NCBI GenBank assembly: GCA_965213625.1
Contig: CBDBZU010000004.1
Span: 320,001 to 384,000 of the forward strand
Origin: a bacterium
Lineage (GTDB): Bacteria > UBA8248
DNA length: 64,000 bases
Direction: 5' to 3'
Shown here in pieces: positions 19,324-29,512 of this stretch. The position numbers and the translations under genes are program-made. Numbering within the stretch: position 1 is the first letter of the stretch; each line of letters begins with the position of its first letter. Below the pieces are notes generated by a model. It was not told the origin of the DNA. It worked only from the letters and a program-made list of their open reading frames with translations, and did not search any database.

Positions 19324-21108
19324 CTAGAGCGTCCCCTTGCGTTTCAGCGCTTCATTCACCAGGGCCGCCGGGTAGGACGCTTTGGCGTATTCGAGCGAGA
19401 TTTTCCCGTCCGCGAGGTCGGTCGCCAAATCATCTGCGGAATGCTTGGCGGGGTCGCCGTATCCACCGGCCCCGGCCGACTGGCACCTGAGTACCTCGCC
19501 CTTTCTGAATTCATGGGGGCCTCCCTTGCTCGGCAGCTTCTCCTCACCGGGCTCCCCGGGATTTTTCAGATGGACTCCCCTCGCCCCCTCTTTACCGCCG
19601 TAAAGCGGCCAGGGAGAAAAGTCGTGCCTGTCGGCATGGGCGATGAAGCCCGTGTCGCTCAGCATCAGGAAATCCTTGCGCGTGGCGAGCCCGCCCCGGC
19701 GGCGTCCCGCGCCGCCGCTGTCGGGCACGAGTTCGAAGCGCTCCACCCGGATGGGGTATTCACTCTCCAGAATCTCGACGGGCAGGTTCGGTATGTTGTT
19801 CGTGTGTATCTGTACGGCGTCCATGCCGTTGCTGGTGTCGCGACCGCCCATGCCGCCGCCGATGCCGTCGATGCAGATGAACGGCCTCCCCCGTATGGCG
19901 TCGAAACCGTGGATGTTGATGGAGGTGGTGCCGTGCCCGCAGGCGCACACGCGCTCCAGCGCCACCTTCGACATGACGCCAATGAGCAAGTCGGCCAGCC
20001 GCTGGCAGGTGGTGCCGCGACCGCCAACGGGCGCGGGCGGATTCGGGTTCACGATGCTCTCCTCGGGCGCGACCAGCCTCACCACGCGCTCGAAAGCAGC
20101 GTTCGACCACAGTTCGGGGTCGATGGTCGCTTTGAGCGCGTAGGCGACGGTAGCGAACAGCGCTTCGTATACGACGTTCACGCCGCCCGTCCGCTGCCGG
20201 CTCGACCCCGTGAAATCGAAAACCATGTGAGGCTCCGGGCGATGCGAGATGATGAGCGTCACCTTGAGCGGGACCGGGCCGGGCACGTGGGCGTCGTCGT
20301 CGAGCTGGTCCTCGAAGTCCCATTTCCCCTCGGGCAGTTCCTTTATCTTCGAGCGAATCGTGCGCTCGTTGTAGTCGAGCACGCCTTCCACGAGTTCGAG
20401 AAAGCGCTCGGCGCCGTATTTCTCGCTCAGTTCCTGAAGACGCCGGACGCCGAGCTGGTTGCATGCAGCCTGCGCGCGCAGGTCGGCCGGCCTGTCTTCT
20501 GAAAAGCGCATGTTCAAGAGGATGAATGAGAAGAGGTCTTCCTGCAGTTCGCCCTCTTTGAAAATCTTCATGGGCGGTATCCGCAGGCCTTCCTGGTATA
20601 TCTCGTTGCAGCCCTCGGTCATCGCGGCCCCCGGCTTGATGCCGCCCACGTCCGGCCAGTGGCCCATGTTGGCGACGAAGCCGATGAGCCTTTTGCCGTC
20701 GAACACCGGAGAGGCCACCGTGACGTCGGCGAGGTGGGTTCCGCCGCCGTGGTAGGCGTCGTTCGCGAGAAAGGCGTCGCCGGGCTTCAGATCCTCGAGC
20801 GGGTAGCGCTTCAGGATGTTGCGGATGATGCTCAGCATCGCGCCCAGGTGCATGGGGATGTGCTCGGCCTGGGCGATGAGGCGGCCTTCCGCGTCGAATA
20901 TGGCCGTCGAGGCGTCCTGGCGTTCTTTAATGTTCGTAGAATAGGCCGTGCGGATGAGCGCAGCGCCCATCTCCTCGGCGACCGAGAGCAGGGCGTTCGA
21001 GAAGACCTCGAGCGCGACCGGATCGGTTATCGCCGAAGCGCGCCGCTTCGTGGTTTTTCGGCGCGAGGCCGCTTTTTTCGAACCCGCTTTCGTACGTACG
21101 TCCGGCAT
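19324..21108 (-). CDS. Hydantoinase B/oxoprolinase subunit
   Basis: RTAYSTNIKE, IPMHLG, NDAYHGGGTHLAD, GHWPDVGG, SGGAGRRRGG. Confidence 0.93.
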   Translation of the reverse strand: MPDVRTKAGSKKAASRRKTTKRRASAITDPVALEVFSNALLSVAEEMGAALIRTAYSTNIKERQDASTAIFDAEGRLIAQAEHIPMHLGAMLSIIRNILKRYPLEDLKPGDAFLANDAYHGGGTHLADVTVASPVFDGKRLIGFVANMGHWPDVGGIKPGAAMTEGCNEIYQEGLRIPPMKIFKEGELQEDLFSFILLNMRFSEDRPADLRAQAACNQLGVRRLQELSEKYGAERFLELVEGVLDYNERTIRSKIKELPEGKWDFEDQLDDDAHVPGPVPLKVTLIISHRPEPHMVFDFTGSSRQRTGGVNVVYEALFATVAYALKATIDPELWSNAAFERVVRLVAPEESIVNPNPPAPVGGRGTTCQRLADLLIGVMSKVALERVCACGHGTTSINIHGFDAIRGRPFICIDGIGGGMGGRDTSNGMDAVQIHTNNIPNLPVEILESEYPIRVERFELVPDSGGAGRRRGGLATRKDFLMLSDTGFIAHADRHDFSPWPLYGGKEGARGVHLKNPGEPGEEKLPSKGGPHEFRKGEVLRCQSAGAGGYGDPAKHSADDLATDLADGKISLEYAKASYPAALVNEALKRKGTL

Positions 21109-21287
21109 GAAAATATCTCTCCTTCGCTTTGGTGTACGGAAAGGGCGGAAAACACGCCCCCTCATTCCGCGATACGGGGAATTTGAGTGCAAGTTTTACA
21201 TGAGTTTCCCGCTTTTTGGTAAAGGTGTTGGCGGATCGACTCAACCCCGCATGCGTGGGGCAATCGCGAGGAGGAATTGTCCTTTAC

Positions 21288-21598
21288 ACCCCTCCCCCCC
21301 CGACAAGGGGCTGTTGAAAACCCCGTTTCGGAAACAGCCGGCATGGAGATTCACGTGGCGTGGGCGAGCGCGATGGTTTGTAGGGACAACCCTCCGTGGT
21401 TGTCCTGCCTTCCGTGGTTATCTTTTACCAGGACAGGCACGGAGGCCTGTCCCTACGGTGAACAATTCGATAATTGGAATTCCCTCCTCACTTGAGGGTT
21501 TTTCAACAACCCTGACAAGGGGGGACAGGGGGGTTGCCTTTCCCGTCGAGAGGGGCGACCCCTCCACCCCCTGAAAAAGGGACTGTTTCAACAGCCCT
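21288..21598. mobile_element. Nested MITE/REP structure
   Basis: Inverted ends GGGGCTGTTGAAAA (21307) and TTTTCAACAACCCT (to 21513) flanked by a GACAA duplication; internal GTAGGGAC REP doublet 21380-21456; extra end TTTCAACAGCCCT 21586-21598. Confidence 0.7.
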
Positions 21599-21727
21599 TC
21601 TATACTTCGATTCCTTGGTGCGGTTCTCCCGGCGTTGGTGGTACTGTGGCTATTCATTGCGAGAAGCCGGGCCACTAAAATGCCGCTCGAAGTTCCCGGA
21701 TACGGCTGAGCCATTGCTCCATGGAGG

Positions 21728-23779
21728 ATGCATCGGTTGTTTACGTTAGGCGTCGACATCGGTGGAACGTTCACCGACCTCGTGGCGGTCGATCACGGGC
21801 GCGGGGAGGTGCGGACGGGCAAGATCCCCTCGGTTTCGGATGAACCCGCAGGGGCCATTATGGCGTGCCTCCGTGACCTCGGGCTCGAAGATGAGGAACT
21901 GGACCGGATAATTCATGGAACCACCGTCGCCACCAATGCGCTCCTGGAGCGGCGCGGCGCCGTTACGGCGCTGGTGACAACGCGCGGGTTCCGGGATGTG
22001 GTCGAAATCGGTAGGTGCCGTCGGCTGGTCGAGGGCGGCATGTTCAACATCGGGTTCCGCCGCCTGCCGCCTCTGGTCCCTCGAAACCTTCGAGAGGAAG
22101 TTGACGAGCGCGTCCGGGCGAACGGGAGCGTCGAAGCCTCGCCCCGGCCGGAAGAGTTCCAGAGAGTCGTGGAGAATTTGAGACGGGAGGGGGTCGAAGC
22201 GGTGGCGGTATGCTTCCTCCATTCCTACGAGAATCCGGGTCACGAGGAAGCGGTCGGGCAGTGGTTGCGAGACCAGTTGGGACCTGAGGTCTACGTCTCT
22301 CTCTCAAGCTCCGTGAACCCCCAGTACCGCGAGTTCGAGCGGTTCTCCACGACTGTAGTGAACGCCTATGTCGGTCCGGCGGTGGGGCGATATCTCTCGA
22401 AACTCAGAAACGGCGAAATCGGGAAGCTGAATACCCGGAGAATTTACGTCATGGGCTCGACCGGCGGCGTGATGGATATCGACACGGCGGAGGCCTTCCC
22501 TGTACGTACCATCTTATCGGGCCCTGCCGGCGGGGTCACCGCGGGGCGTTTCATCTCTGAAGAACTCGATCTCCCGAACCTCATCACCTGCGATATGGGC
22601 GGGACGAGCGCGGACGTCGCACTCCTCCTCGGGGACCGGATTCTTTACGCCGGAGATGCCGTTATCTCGGGGGTGCCCATCCGCGCCGCCCAGCTCGAAA
22701 TTAAAACCGTCGGTGCGGGAGCAGGGAGCATCGTGTGGGTCGATGTCGACGGGGCGCTTTGCGTGGGCCCCAGGAGCGCGGGCTCCTCTCCGGGTCCCGC
22801 CTGTTACGGGTTCGGGGGCGTGGAGCCCACCGTCACCGACGCGAACGTCATCCTGAACCGGATCGGGGACGGCGCCCTTCTCGGCGGAAAAATACGGGTG
22901 GACGCCTCGTTGGCGCGAGAGGCGATGGCCCCGTTGCAGAGAAGGCTTGAATTTCGCTCGCCCGAGGAGCTGGCCGAAGGGTCATTGAAAATCCTCGTGG
23001 CCCGGACGGTCCGACTTATCCGCGAGATTTCGCTCGAACGGGGATTCGACCCGCGCGAATTCGCTTTCGTGGCCTTCGGCGGGGCGGGGCCCATGCACGC
23101 CACGGCCATCGCGGATGAACTCGACATCGAAACGGTTGTGGTACCGAGTCACCCGGGTAATTTTTCCGCCATGGGGCTCGTGATGGCGAAGATGCGCCGG
23201 GATGCGACCGCCACCTATCTCGCCCGCTCCTCCACCTTCGATTTGGCGGACTTGCGCGAACGGCTCACAGGTATGGCCGAGGGGGTCGAGGACCGCCTCC
23301 GGGCAGACGGCGTCAGGAAAGATAGCATCTCCTTGTCGTGTTTCCTGGAGATGCGCTGTCTCGGGCAGGCTCATGAGATTCCCGTTCCCTTAGGGTCGTC
23401 TCCAAGCCAAGTGGATTTGCCGGCTATAGAAGACGCCTTCCAGAAGATTTACGCCGAACGCTACGGCCGCAACCCGGATCCCGCGACCGAATGGGAGGTG
23501 ATCTCGATCAGGATTATCGGTGAGGGAGAGGTCCAGGCGTATCCGGCGAACACCTGGCGGGCAAAGCCCGGTGGCGGCGAGGGTCCCGGGGAGGTCCGGA
23601 AAGTCTGGTTCGAGGGGGAGTGGCGCGAAACTTGCGTATATGATCGAAACGAGGTCGGGACCGGGAAGAGCGTGGAAGGTCCCGCCATTATGGAAGAGAG
23701 CGGAGCCACGACGGTGATTCCACCGGGGTGGCGCGCCACTGTCCACGCGAGCGGGCATCTGTTGCTTCGGCGCCGGTAG
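21728..23779 (+). CDS. Hydantoinase/oxoprolinase A subunit
   Basis: GVDIGGTFTD, HGTTVATN, SGPAGG, DMGGTS, FGGAGPMH. Confidence 0.93.
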   Translation: MHRLFTLGVDIGGTFTDLVAVDHGRGEVRTGKIPSVSDEPAGAIMACLRDLGLEDEELDRIIHGTTVATNALLERRGAVTALVTTRGFRDVVEIGRCRRLVEGGMFNIGFRRLPPLVPRNLREEVDERVRANGSVEASPRPEEFQRVVENLRREGVEAVAVCFLHSYENPGHEEAVGQWLRDQLGPEVYVSLSSSVNPQYREFERFSTTVVNAYVGPAVGRYLSKLRNGEIGKLNTRRIYVMGSTGGVMDIDTAEAFPVRTILSGPAGGVTAGRFISEELDLPNLITCDMGGTSADVALLLGDRILYAGDAVISGVPIRAAQLEIKTVGAGAGSIVWVDVDGALCVGPRSAGSSPGPACYGFGGVEPTVTDANVILNRIGDGALLGGKIRVDASLAREAMAPLQRRLEFRSPEELAEGSLKILVARTVRLIREISLERGFDPREFAFVAFGGAGPMHATAIADELDIETVVVPSHPGNFSAMGLVMAKMRRDATATYLARSSTFDLADLRERLTGMAEGVEDRLRADGVRKDSISLSCFLEMRCLGQAHEIPVPLGSSPSQVDLPAIEDAFQKIYAERYGRNPDPATEWEVISIRIIGEGEVQAYPANTWRAKPGGGEGPGEVRKVWFEGEWRETCVYDRNEVGTGKSVEGPAIMEESGATTVIPPGWRATVHASGHLLLRRR

Positions 23780-23799
23780 GACGGGCAAAGACGAGATTC

Positions 23800-24050
23800 A
23801 TTCCCCCCTTGAGGGGTCGGGCATCCCGAGGGGAATGCCCGATGGAAAAGCTCTCCTGACCTCATCCTGAGTAGCGGTGAAGCCGCGTATCGAAGGATGC
23901 CCTCTCGCCCGGCGCGAGGCGTTCGACTCCCCTCGCCCTTCGATACGCCGCCTTCGGCGGCTACTCAGGGTGAGGAAAGAGGCGTTGGCGGTTTGCGTGA
24001 TTTGAACGCGACTGGGGAGGGGCCGTAGGGACAGGCCTCCGTGCCTGTCC
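23800..24050. repeat. Cluster of three REP-like families
   Basis: CCCCCCTTGAGGGG 23803; CCTCATCCTGAGTAGC...GCTACTCAGGGTGAGG 23860-23975; GTAGGGACAGGC..GCCTGTCC 24025-24050. Confidence 0.75.
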
Positions 24051-24156
24051 GAGGTCGCTCTCGATGGAGGGTCAACAGCCCCTCATGAAACGATATCGAG
24101 GCTCGCCGAAAACTTATCCCGGGCTTGCGGCCTGCGATGAATAAAGAGGTGGAGAG

Positions 24157-25445
24157 ATGACTTCAGATAAGGGAGCGGACTTCCTCAAAAGGGCCCGCGA
24201 CAGCCTCCCGGGCGGCTGGCTCGGGGACCTGACGCTTCCCGATGAGATGATGCTCATCGCCTCTCGCGGAGAGGGGAGCCGCCTTTATGACGTGGATGGG
24301 CGTGGTTTCCTCGATTTCACGATGGGCGGGGGCTCCCTGATTCTGGGCCACGCCCATCCGTCCATCCTCGAGGCGGTTCGAAGGCAGATGGAACTCGGCT
24401 CGACTTACTATACGCTGAGCGATCGCTCCATCGAATTGGCCGAGGAAATGGTCAAGGCGATTCCCTGCGCGGAACTGGTGCGTTTCGCCTCAACGGGCGG
24501 GGAGGCCACGTTCTACGCGCTGCGGCTGGCGCGCGCCTTCACCGGCAAGGAGAAAATCCTGAAATTCGAAGGGAGCTACATCGGCCACAGCGACTACGGT
24601 ATGGTGAGCGTTTCCCCGCCGCGCCCGAACATATATCCGTCCCACCACCCGGATTCGGCCGGCGTTCCATCCGCGGTTCAGGAACTGGTGATCACGGCTC
24701 CCTTCAATAATGCCGATATCGCCTGCGGGCTGGTGGAAGAGTACGCCGGGGAACTTGCCGCCGTAATCGTCGAGCCCGTTCAGCGGTCGATTCCCCCGGC
24801 CCCGGGATTTTTGGAGCAACTCCGCCAGGTGACGACCGAGCGCGGGGTGTTGCTCGTATATGACGAGGTGGTGACCGGGTTCCGGCTGGCCTACGGAGGG
24901 GCGCAGGAGTATTTCGGCGTCGTTCCCGATCTGGCGGCTTACGGAAAAGCGGTCGCGTGCGGGTTTCCCTTGTCGGCGGTGGCGGGAGAGCGGATGTGAT
25001 GGAACTGGCGGACCCCGCCCGCAAGGGGGAGCCGGAGTACGTCTACGTGAGCGGCACGCTCTCGGGTAATCCGATGTGCGCCGCCGCGGCGCTCGCCACC
25101 TTGAAAGAATTGTCCCGGCCCGGCGTCTACGACGGCTTACGCGACATGGGGGAGCGATACCGGAGGGAACTGGCGGCGATATTCGACGAACACGGGGTTC
25201 CGGCCCAGGTGCAAGGCATCGGGCCCTTTTTCCAGGTCTTTTTCACGCCGAATCCGGTCACGGACTATCGGGGCCAGACGCAGGCCGACCGGAAGCGGTT
25301 CGAATCGTTCGTACGAAAAATGTTCGCGCAAGGTATTTTCATGAGCCGCAGGGCCAAGAACTATCTTTCCACGGTCCACGACGAATCGGACTTAAAAGAA
25401 TTCCTCGAAGCGGCGCGAACCGTATGCGCCGGAGGCATCGACTGA
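24157..25445 (+). pseudogene. Class III PLP aminotransferase (GSA-aminomutase-like), one frameshift near 24990
   Basis: LYDVDG, LGHAHP, STGGEA, DEVVTGFR, AYGKAVACG; continues in another frame as ADVM..SGTLSGNP; possibly a sequencing indel. Confidence 0.8.
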
Positions 25446-25447
25446 CC

Positions 25448-27508
25448 ATGGACGAGAGCCGGAAGTTTCAGGAGAGCGGCTCGGCGGACGCCGTCACGAT
25501 CTCGGTCATTCAGGAACTCCTCATCTCCGTGGTCCGCGAGATGCGGGTTACTTTTTCGAGAAGCGCGTTCTCGTCGATCATCAACGAAGGACACGATTTT
25601 TCCTGCGCGCTTCTTTCGCCGGAGGGAGACCTGGTCGCCCAGTCCGAAGATCATCCAGGCCACATCTTCCCGATCTCCTACGCCGCCGGAGCGGTTTTCG
25701 AGCGCTACGCAGGCGATATTCATCCGGGCGACGTTTTTCTCCTGAACGACCCCTATATCTGCGGAACCCATATGAATGACATGGCGATGTTCTGCCCCCG
25801 GTTTCATGAGGGGCGCGCGCTTGCCTTCCCGGCGCTTCGCGCTCATTGGGGGGATGTCGGCGGCTCCGTGGCCGGCAGTCTTTCGGGCGACGCCTCCCAC
25901 ATCTTCATGGAGGGCATGATCGTCCCGCCCATCCGGCTCTATTCACGGGGTGAACTGAACCAGGAATGCCTGGAAATCGTTCTCCGCAACATGCGGGGCA
26001 GGGAGGACAGGCATGGCGACCTGATGGCCATGCTCGGCACCTGCCAGTTGGCGCAGCGTCGCCTGGACGAGATCGAGGAGCGATACGGACGCGAATCCTT
26101 CCAGGCGGTGAACGACAGCCTCCTCGCCCGGGCGGAGAAACGGATGCGGGCGGCCATCAGCGCGCTTCCAGGCGGAACGTTTCACTTCGAGAACTACATC
26201 GACAACAGCGGCACGGGCGCCGAGCCGCTCCGGATATCGCTTCGCCTCCAGATTCAGGAAGATCAAATCCACTGTGATTTCGGCGGGACATCCGGGCAGG
26301 TGAAAGGGCCGACGAACGCGGGGCCGGCCACGGTGGCCACCTCCTGCTTCATGGTGCTGAAATCGCTCCTCGATCCCGCTTTAAGCGTGAACGCGGGCTG
26401 TTTCCGCCCCCTCACGATGGAAGCGCCTAAAGGGTCCATTCTCAATGCCGGGTTTCCTGCTCCTTTCGGCGGCGCTTCCGATGTGCGGCGCACGATAGAA
26501 TCGTGCGTTCTGGGCGCTGCGGTCCAGGCGATGCCCGACCTTTCGGTGGGCGACACCAAAGGGGCGGCCAACCATTGCTACATCGCCGGAAGCCAACCGG
26601 ACTCGGGCGAGACCTTCCTTTACTATGAATATCCGGCGGGGGGCACGGGCGCTCTCGCGGGAAGCGATGGAGACCACGCCATCAGAACCTACACCGAAGG
26701 AGATTTTAACGCCGTCCAGCCGATAGAAAGCCTGGAAGCGACGCTTCCCCTCCTCGTGGAGGAGAGCGGCCTCAGGACTCGCTCCTGCGGTCACGGGGAG
26801 TGGCGCGGCGGTCTGGGCATGGAGCGGAGGGTCCGCCTGGAGGCCGGTGGCGCGGGTCTCACCGTTTTGACGGACCGCGTGATCATTCCTCCTTACGGGG
26901 TGGACGGCGGGACCTCGGGCGGAGGAAACCGGTTCACGGTGCACCGGGAAGGTTCGGAGCTGGAGCCTTCCGGCGTGCCGGGAAAGGCCACGGCCTTTCC
27001 GCTCAGAGGAGGTGACGCCGTCGTACTGCGCTCCGCCGGTGGAGGCGGCTGGGGAGATCCGCTCGTCCGCGCGCCCGAGTCGGTGCTGGCTGACCTCCGG
27101 CAGGGATACATCAGTGAGGAAGATGCGCGGGAAGTCTATGGCGTGGTCATAAAGGGCGGGGTGACCGATGCGGCCGCGACATCCTCTGCGCGAGACCGGC
27201 TCAGAAAAGCCAGGGTTTATCTCAACGTCCGCGAGAGCGGGGAAGACGCCTACAGCGGCGCTCGGCGAATTTGCATGATGTCTCCTGAAACTGCGGGGGA
27301 ATACGGATTTTCAGAGGGGATGCTCGTCGAGTACGTTCCGGTGCGGGGAGCGCCGCTCAGAGCCTGGGTGAAGATTACGCCGGGGCTGGAAACGGGGGAG
27401 ACTTCCCTCGGACCCGTCGCGGCGAGCATTCTGAAACTACGGGATAAAGAGCGAATTTGGCTCCGCCCGATTGCGACGCCCTATTCGCATCCCCCGTTGG
27501 CCTCTTGA
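25448..27508 (+). CDS. Hydantoinase B/oxoprolinase subunit with C-terminal extension
   Basis: RSAFSSII.E.HDFSC, NDPYICGTHMND, HWGDVGG, AGGGGWGDP. Confidence 0.9.
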   Translation: MDESRKFQESGSADAVTISVIQELLISVVREMRVTFSRSAFSSIINEGHDFSCALLSPEGDLVAQSEDHPGHIFPISYAAGAVFERYAGDIHPGDVFLLNDPYICGTHMNDMAMFCPRFHEGRALAFPALRAHWGDVGGSVAGSLSGDASHIFMEGMIVPPIRLYSRGELNQECLEIVLRNMRGREDRHGDLMAMLGTCQLAQRRLDEIEERYGRESFQAVNDSLLARAEKRMRAAISALPGGTFHFENYIDNSGTGAEPLRISLRLQIQEDQIHCDFGGTSGQVKGPTNAGPATVATSCFMVLKSLLDPALSVNAGCFRPLTMEAPKGSILNAGFPAPFGGASDVRRTIESCVLGAAVQAMPDLSVGDTKGAANHCYIAGSQPDSGETFLYYEYPAGGTGALAGSDGDHAIRTYTEGDFNAVQPIESLEATLPLLVEESGLRTRSCGHGEWRGGLGMERRVRLEAGGAGLTVLTDRVIIPPYGVDGGTSGGGNRFTVHREGSELEPSGVPGKATAFPLRGGDAVVLRSAGGGGWGDPLVRAPESVLADLRQGYISEEDAREVYGVVIKGGVTDAAATSSARDRLRKARVYLNVRESGEDAYSGARRICMMSPETAGEYGFSEGMLVEYVPVRGAPLRAWVKITPGLETGETSLGPVAASILKLRDKERIWLRPIATPYSHPPLAS

Positions 27509-27992
27509 GCGCGGAGCTCCAACCATCTCATCATCGCTATCTCCCGCGGCGGGATGCACGCCTTTCTGCGCAGTGCGATGCGCCTGCTCACAGAAGATCT
27601 TCGTTACACTGCCGAATCTATCTTCAATCCGATCCGGGTGGTTGTCGAAACGCCCGAGGTAAGCCCGGCGCATTCGAGGGGCCGGGCGGAATATCTGTCC
27701 GGGTATAACTATTCGCCGGATGATGCAAGGCCATCGCTTCCCGGCATCTGCCCGCTAGGCTTCTCGCCTCGGAACCGGGCATCGAGGTTGGCCGGCACGG
27801 GCGAGCGCGTCGCAATGAATGCCTCCTTGCAAACCGGCGCGCAAAAAATTCTTGACACGAGACGCCGGATTTCATACACAAATTTCATGGGGCGCGGTGG
27901 AATGAGCACTCCACTGTCGCGCAGTGTGTTACTGATCACGTACATGCCATATCCACCCACGGCCGCGTCAGTGGCGAAAGGGGTATACGGTC

Positions 27993-29129
27993 ATGGTCCA
28001 ATGGCTCGGCATCGGCCATCTTTTCGAGCTTTCACGCTCAGAAGCGATCGCGGGGTTTTTCACGCCATTGCTCGTCTTCGCCGCCTTTTTCGTGGTGCAG
28101 CTCGTGCTGCCGGGAAGATGGGTTCCCGGCTACGTGATTGACCCCAAGACGGGCGAACCCCGCAAATACCGCCTGAACGGTCTTCTGGTATTCATAGTCG
28201 CCGAGATCGTGTGGGCTTTCGAACTCACCGGGATGCCGCGTGATTGGTTCTACCGCTCCACGATCTACGCCGTGGCCGGCGGAACGGTATTCACCGCCGT
28301 ATTCGCCCTCATCGCGGTGTACAGCCGGCCTGTGGGGGAGGAAAAGAATCCGCTCCTGGCGCTGTGGGACGGGCGGGCGCAGGAGTTTTCGTTTTTCGGC
28401 GACCGCTTCGACGTAAAGATGTATCTCTACGTCGTCGGCGGAACGATGCTCTCACTGAACGCCCTCTCCGGAATGGCTTACCACCTGGAGCGCTTCGGCG
28501 CGGACGCCAACCCCGGCGTTATCCTGTATGCGGGGTTCTTCACGTTCTACGTTCTGGACTACTTCATCTTCGAGCGCGTCCAGCTCTACACTTACGATCT
28601 GATCCACGAGCGCCTCGGCTTCAAGCTGCTCTGGGGCGGCCTCGTGGTCTACGGGTGGATGTTCATCCTCCCGCTCTGGGGGATGGCCGCTCACCCGAAC
28701 CCCGGGTTCTCGCCGGGATGGACTTACTTTTGGATCTTTGGAACGACTGCGCTGTTCCTGCTCGGGTGGGGTATCGGGCGCGGCGCCAACCTGCAGAAGT
28801 ACACTTTCAAAAGGTGGCCCGAGCGCAAGTTCCTTGGCATCGAGCCCGTCTACATCGAGGCCGGCGACCGCAAGATTCTCTGCAGCGGCCTGTGGGGCGT
28901 CGCCCGGCACTTCAACTACATGGGCGAGGGGTTCCTCGCCCTCTCCATCGCCCTGGTGTTCGGTCATTTCACGAATCCCTGGGCCTGGACCTACTTCGTC
29001 TTCATCGTCTCGTTCTTCACCTGCCGCCAGCGTTATGACGAAGCCTACTGCGCCGAGAAATACGGCCCCGAGAAGTGGGCGGAGTACCAGGCGCGGGTGA
29101 AGTACCGGATTTTCCCCGGCGTTTATTGA
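27993..29129 (+). CDS. ERG4/ERG24-family sterol reductase homologue
   Basis: YRLNG, DLIHERLGF.L.WG, ANLQKYTFK, SGLWGVARHFNYMGE, CAEKYG..WAEY..RVKYRIFPGVY; multi-TM. Confidence 0.88.
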   Translation: MVQWLGIGHLFELSRSEAIAGFFTPLLVFAAFFVVQLVLPGRWVPGYVIDPKTGEPRKYRLNGLLVFIVAEIVWAFELTGMPRDWFYRSTIYAVAGGTVFTAVFALIAVYSRPVGEEKNPLLALWDGRAQEFSFFGDRFDVKMYLYVVGGTMLSLNALSGMAYHLERFGADANPGVILYAGFFTFYVLDYFIFERVQLYTYDLIHERLGFKLLWGGLVVYGWMFILPLWGMAAHPNPGFSPGWTYFWIFGTTALFLLGWGIGRGANLQKYTFKRWPERKFLGIEPVYIEAGDRKILCSGLWGVARHFNYMGEGFLALSIALVFGHFTNPWAWTYFVFIVSFFTCRQRYDEAYCAEKYGPEKWAEYQARVKYRIFPGVY

Positions 29130-29512
29130 TAGCGCTTCGCGCGCATGTCGGCGATTCTTTACTCCTGAGCGCGCCGCCAGAAACTGCGAATTCTTCTTCA
29201 TGAGGCGCAGGCGCGCGCAAAACCACCGCCAATCAACAGCGAAAAATACCAGCCAAGGAATGAGCGGGCTTTTCAGCCGGCTCAAATTCGACATGGTTAT
29301 CCCTGGCTCTCACTCTCATCGGACGGGAGCCACGGCCTAAAACTCCCCTCCCACCCCCCCATTCAAGCGGGTTGCGCCGCACCTACACTCTCAATTGCGG
29401 ACAGGGGTCGCTCATGCTATCCTCACCGCAAAAATCAGGACATTTTATTCTGCTTTCCGGGGAACGGACTTGCCCTGGAACCAATCCTCCAATTCGTAAA
29501 AGGAGCACTGCA

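Noticed and set aside
23900-23940. gttcgactcc resembling a tRNA T-loop
   Set aside because: Lies within a REP element; no cloverleaf or acceptor stem
27510-27800. Possible ABC binding-protein relic (GYNYSPDDAR)
   Set aside because: Single short motif only
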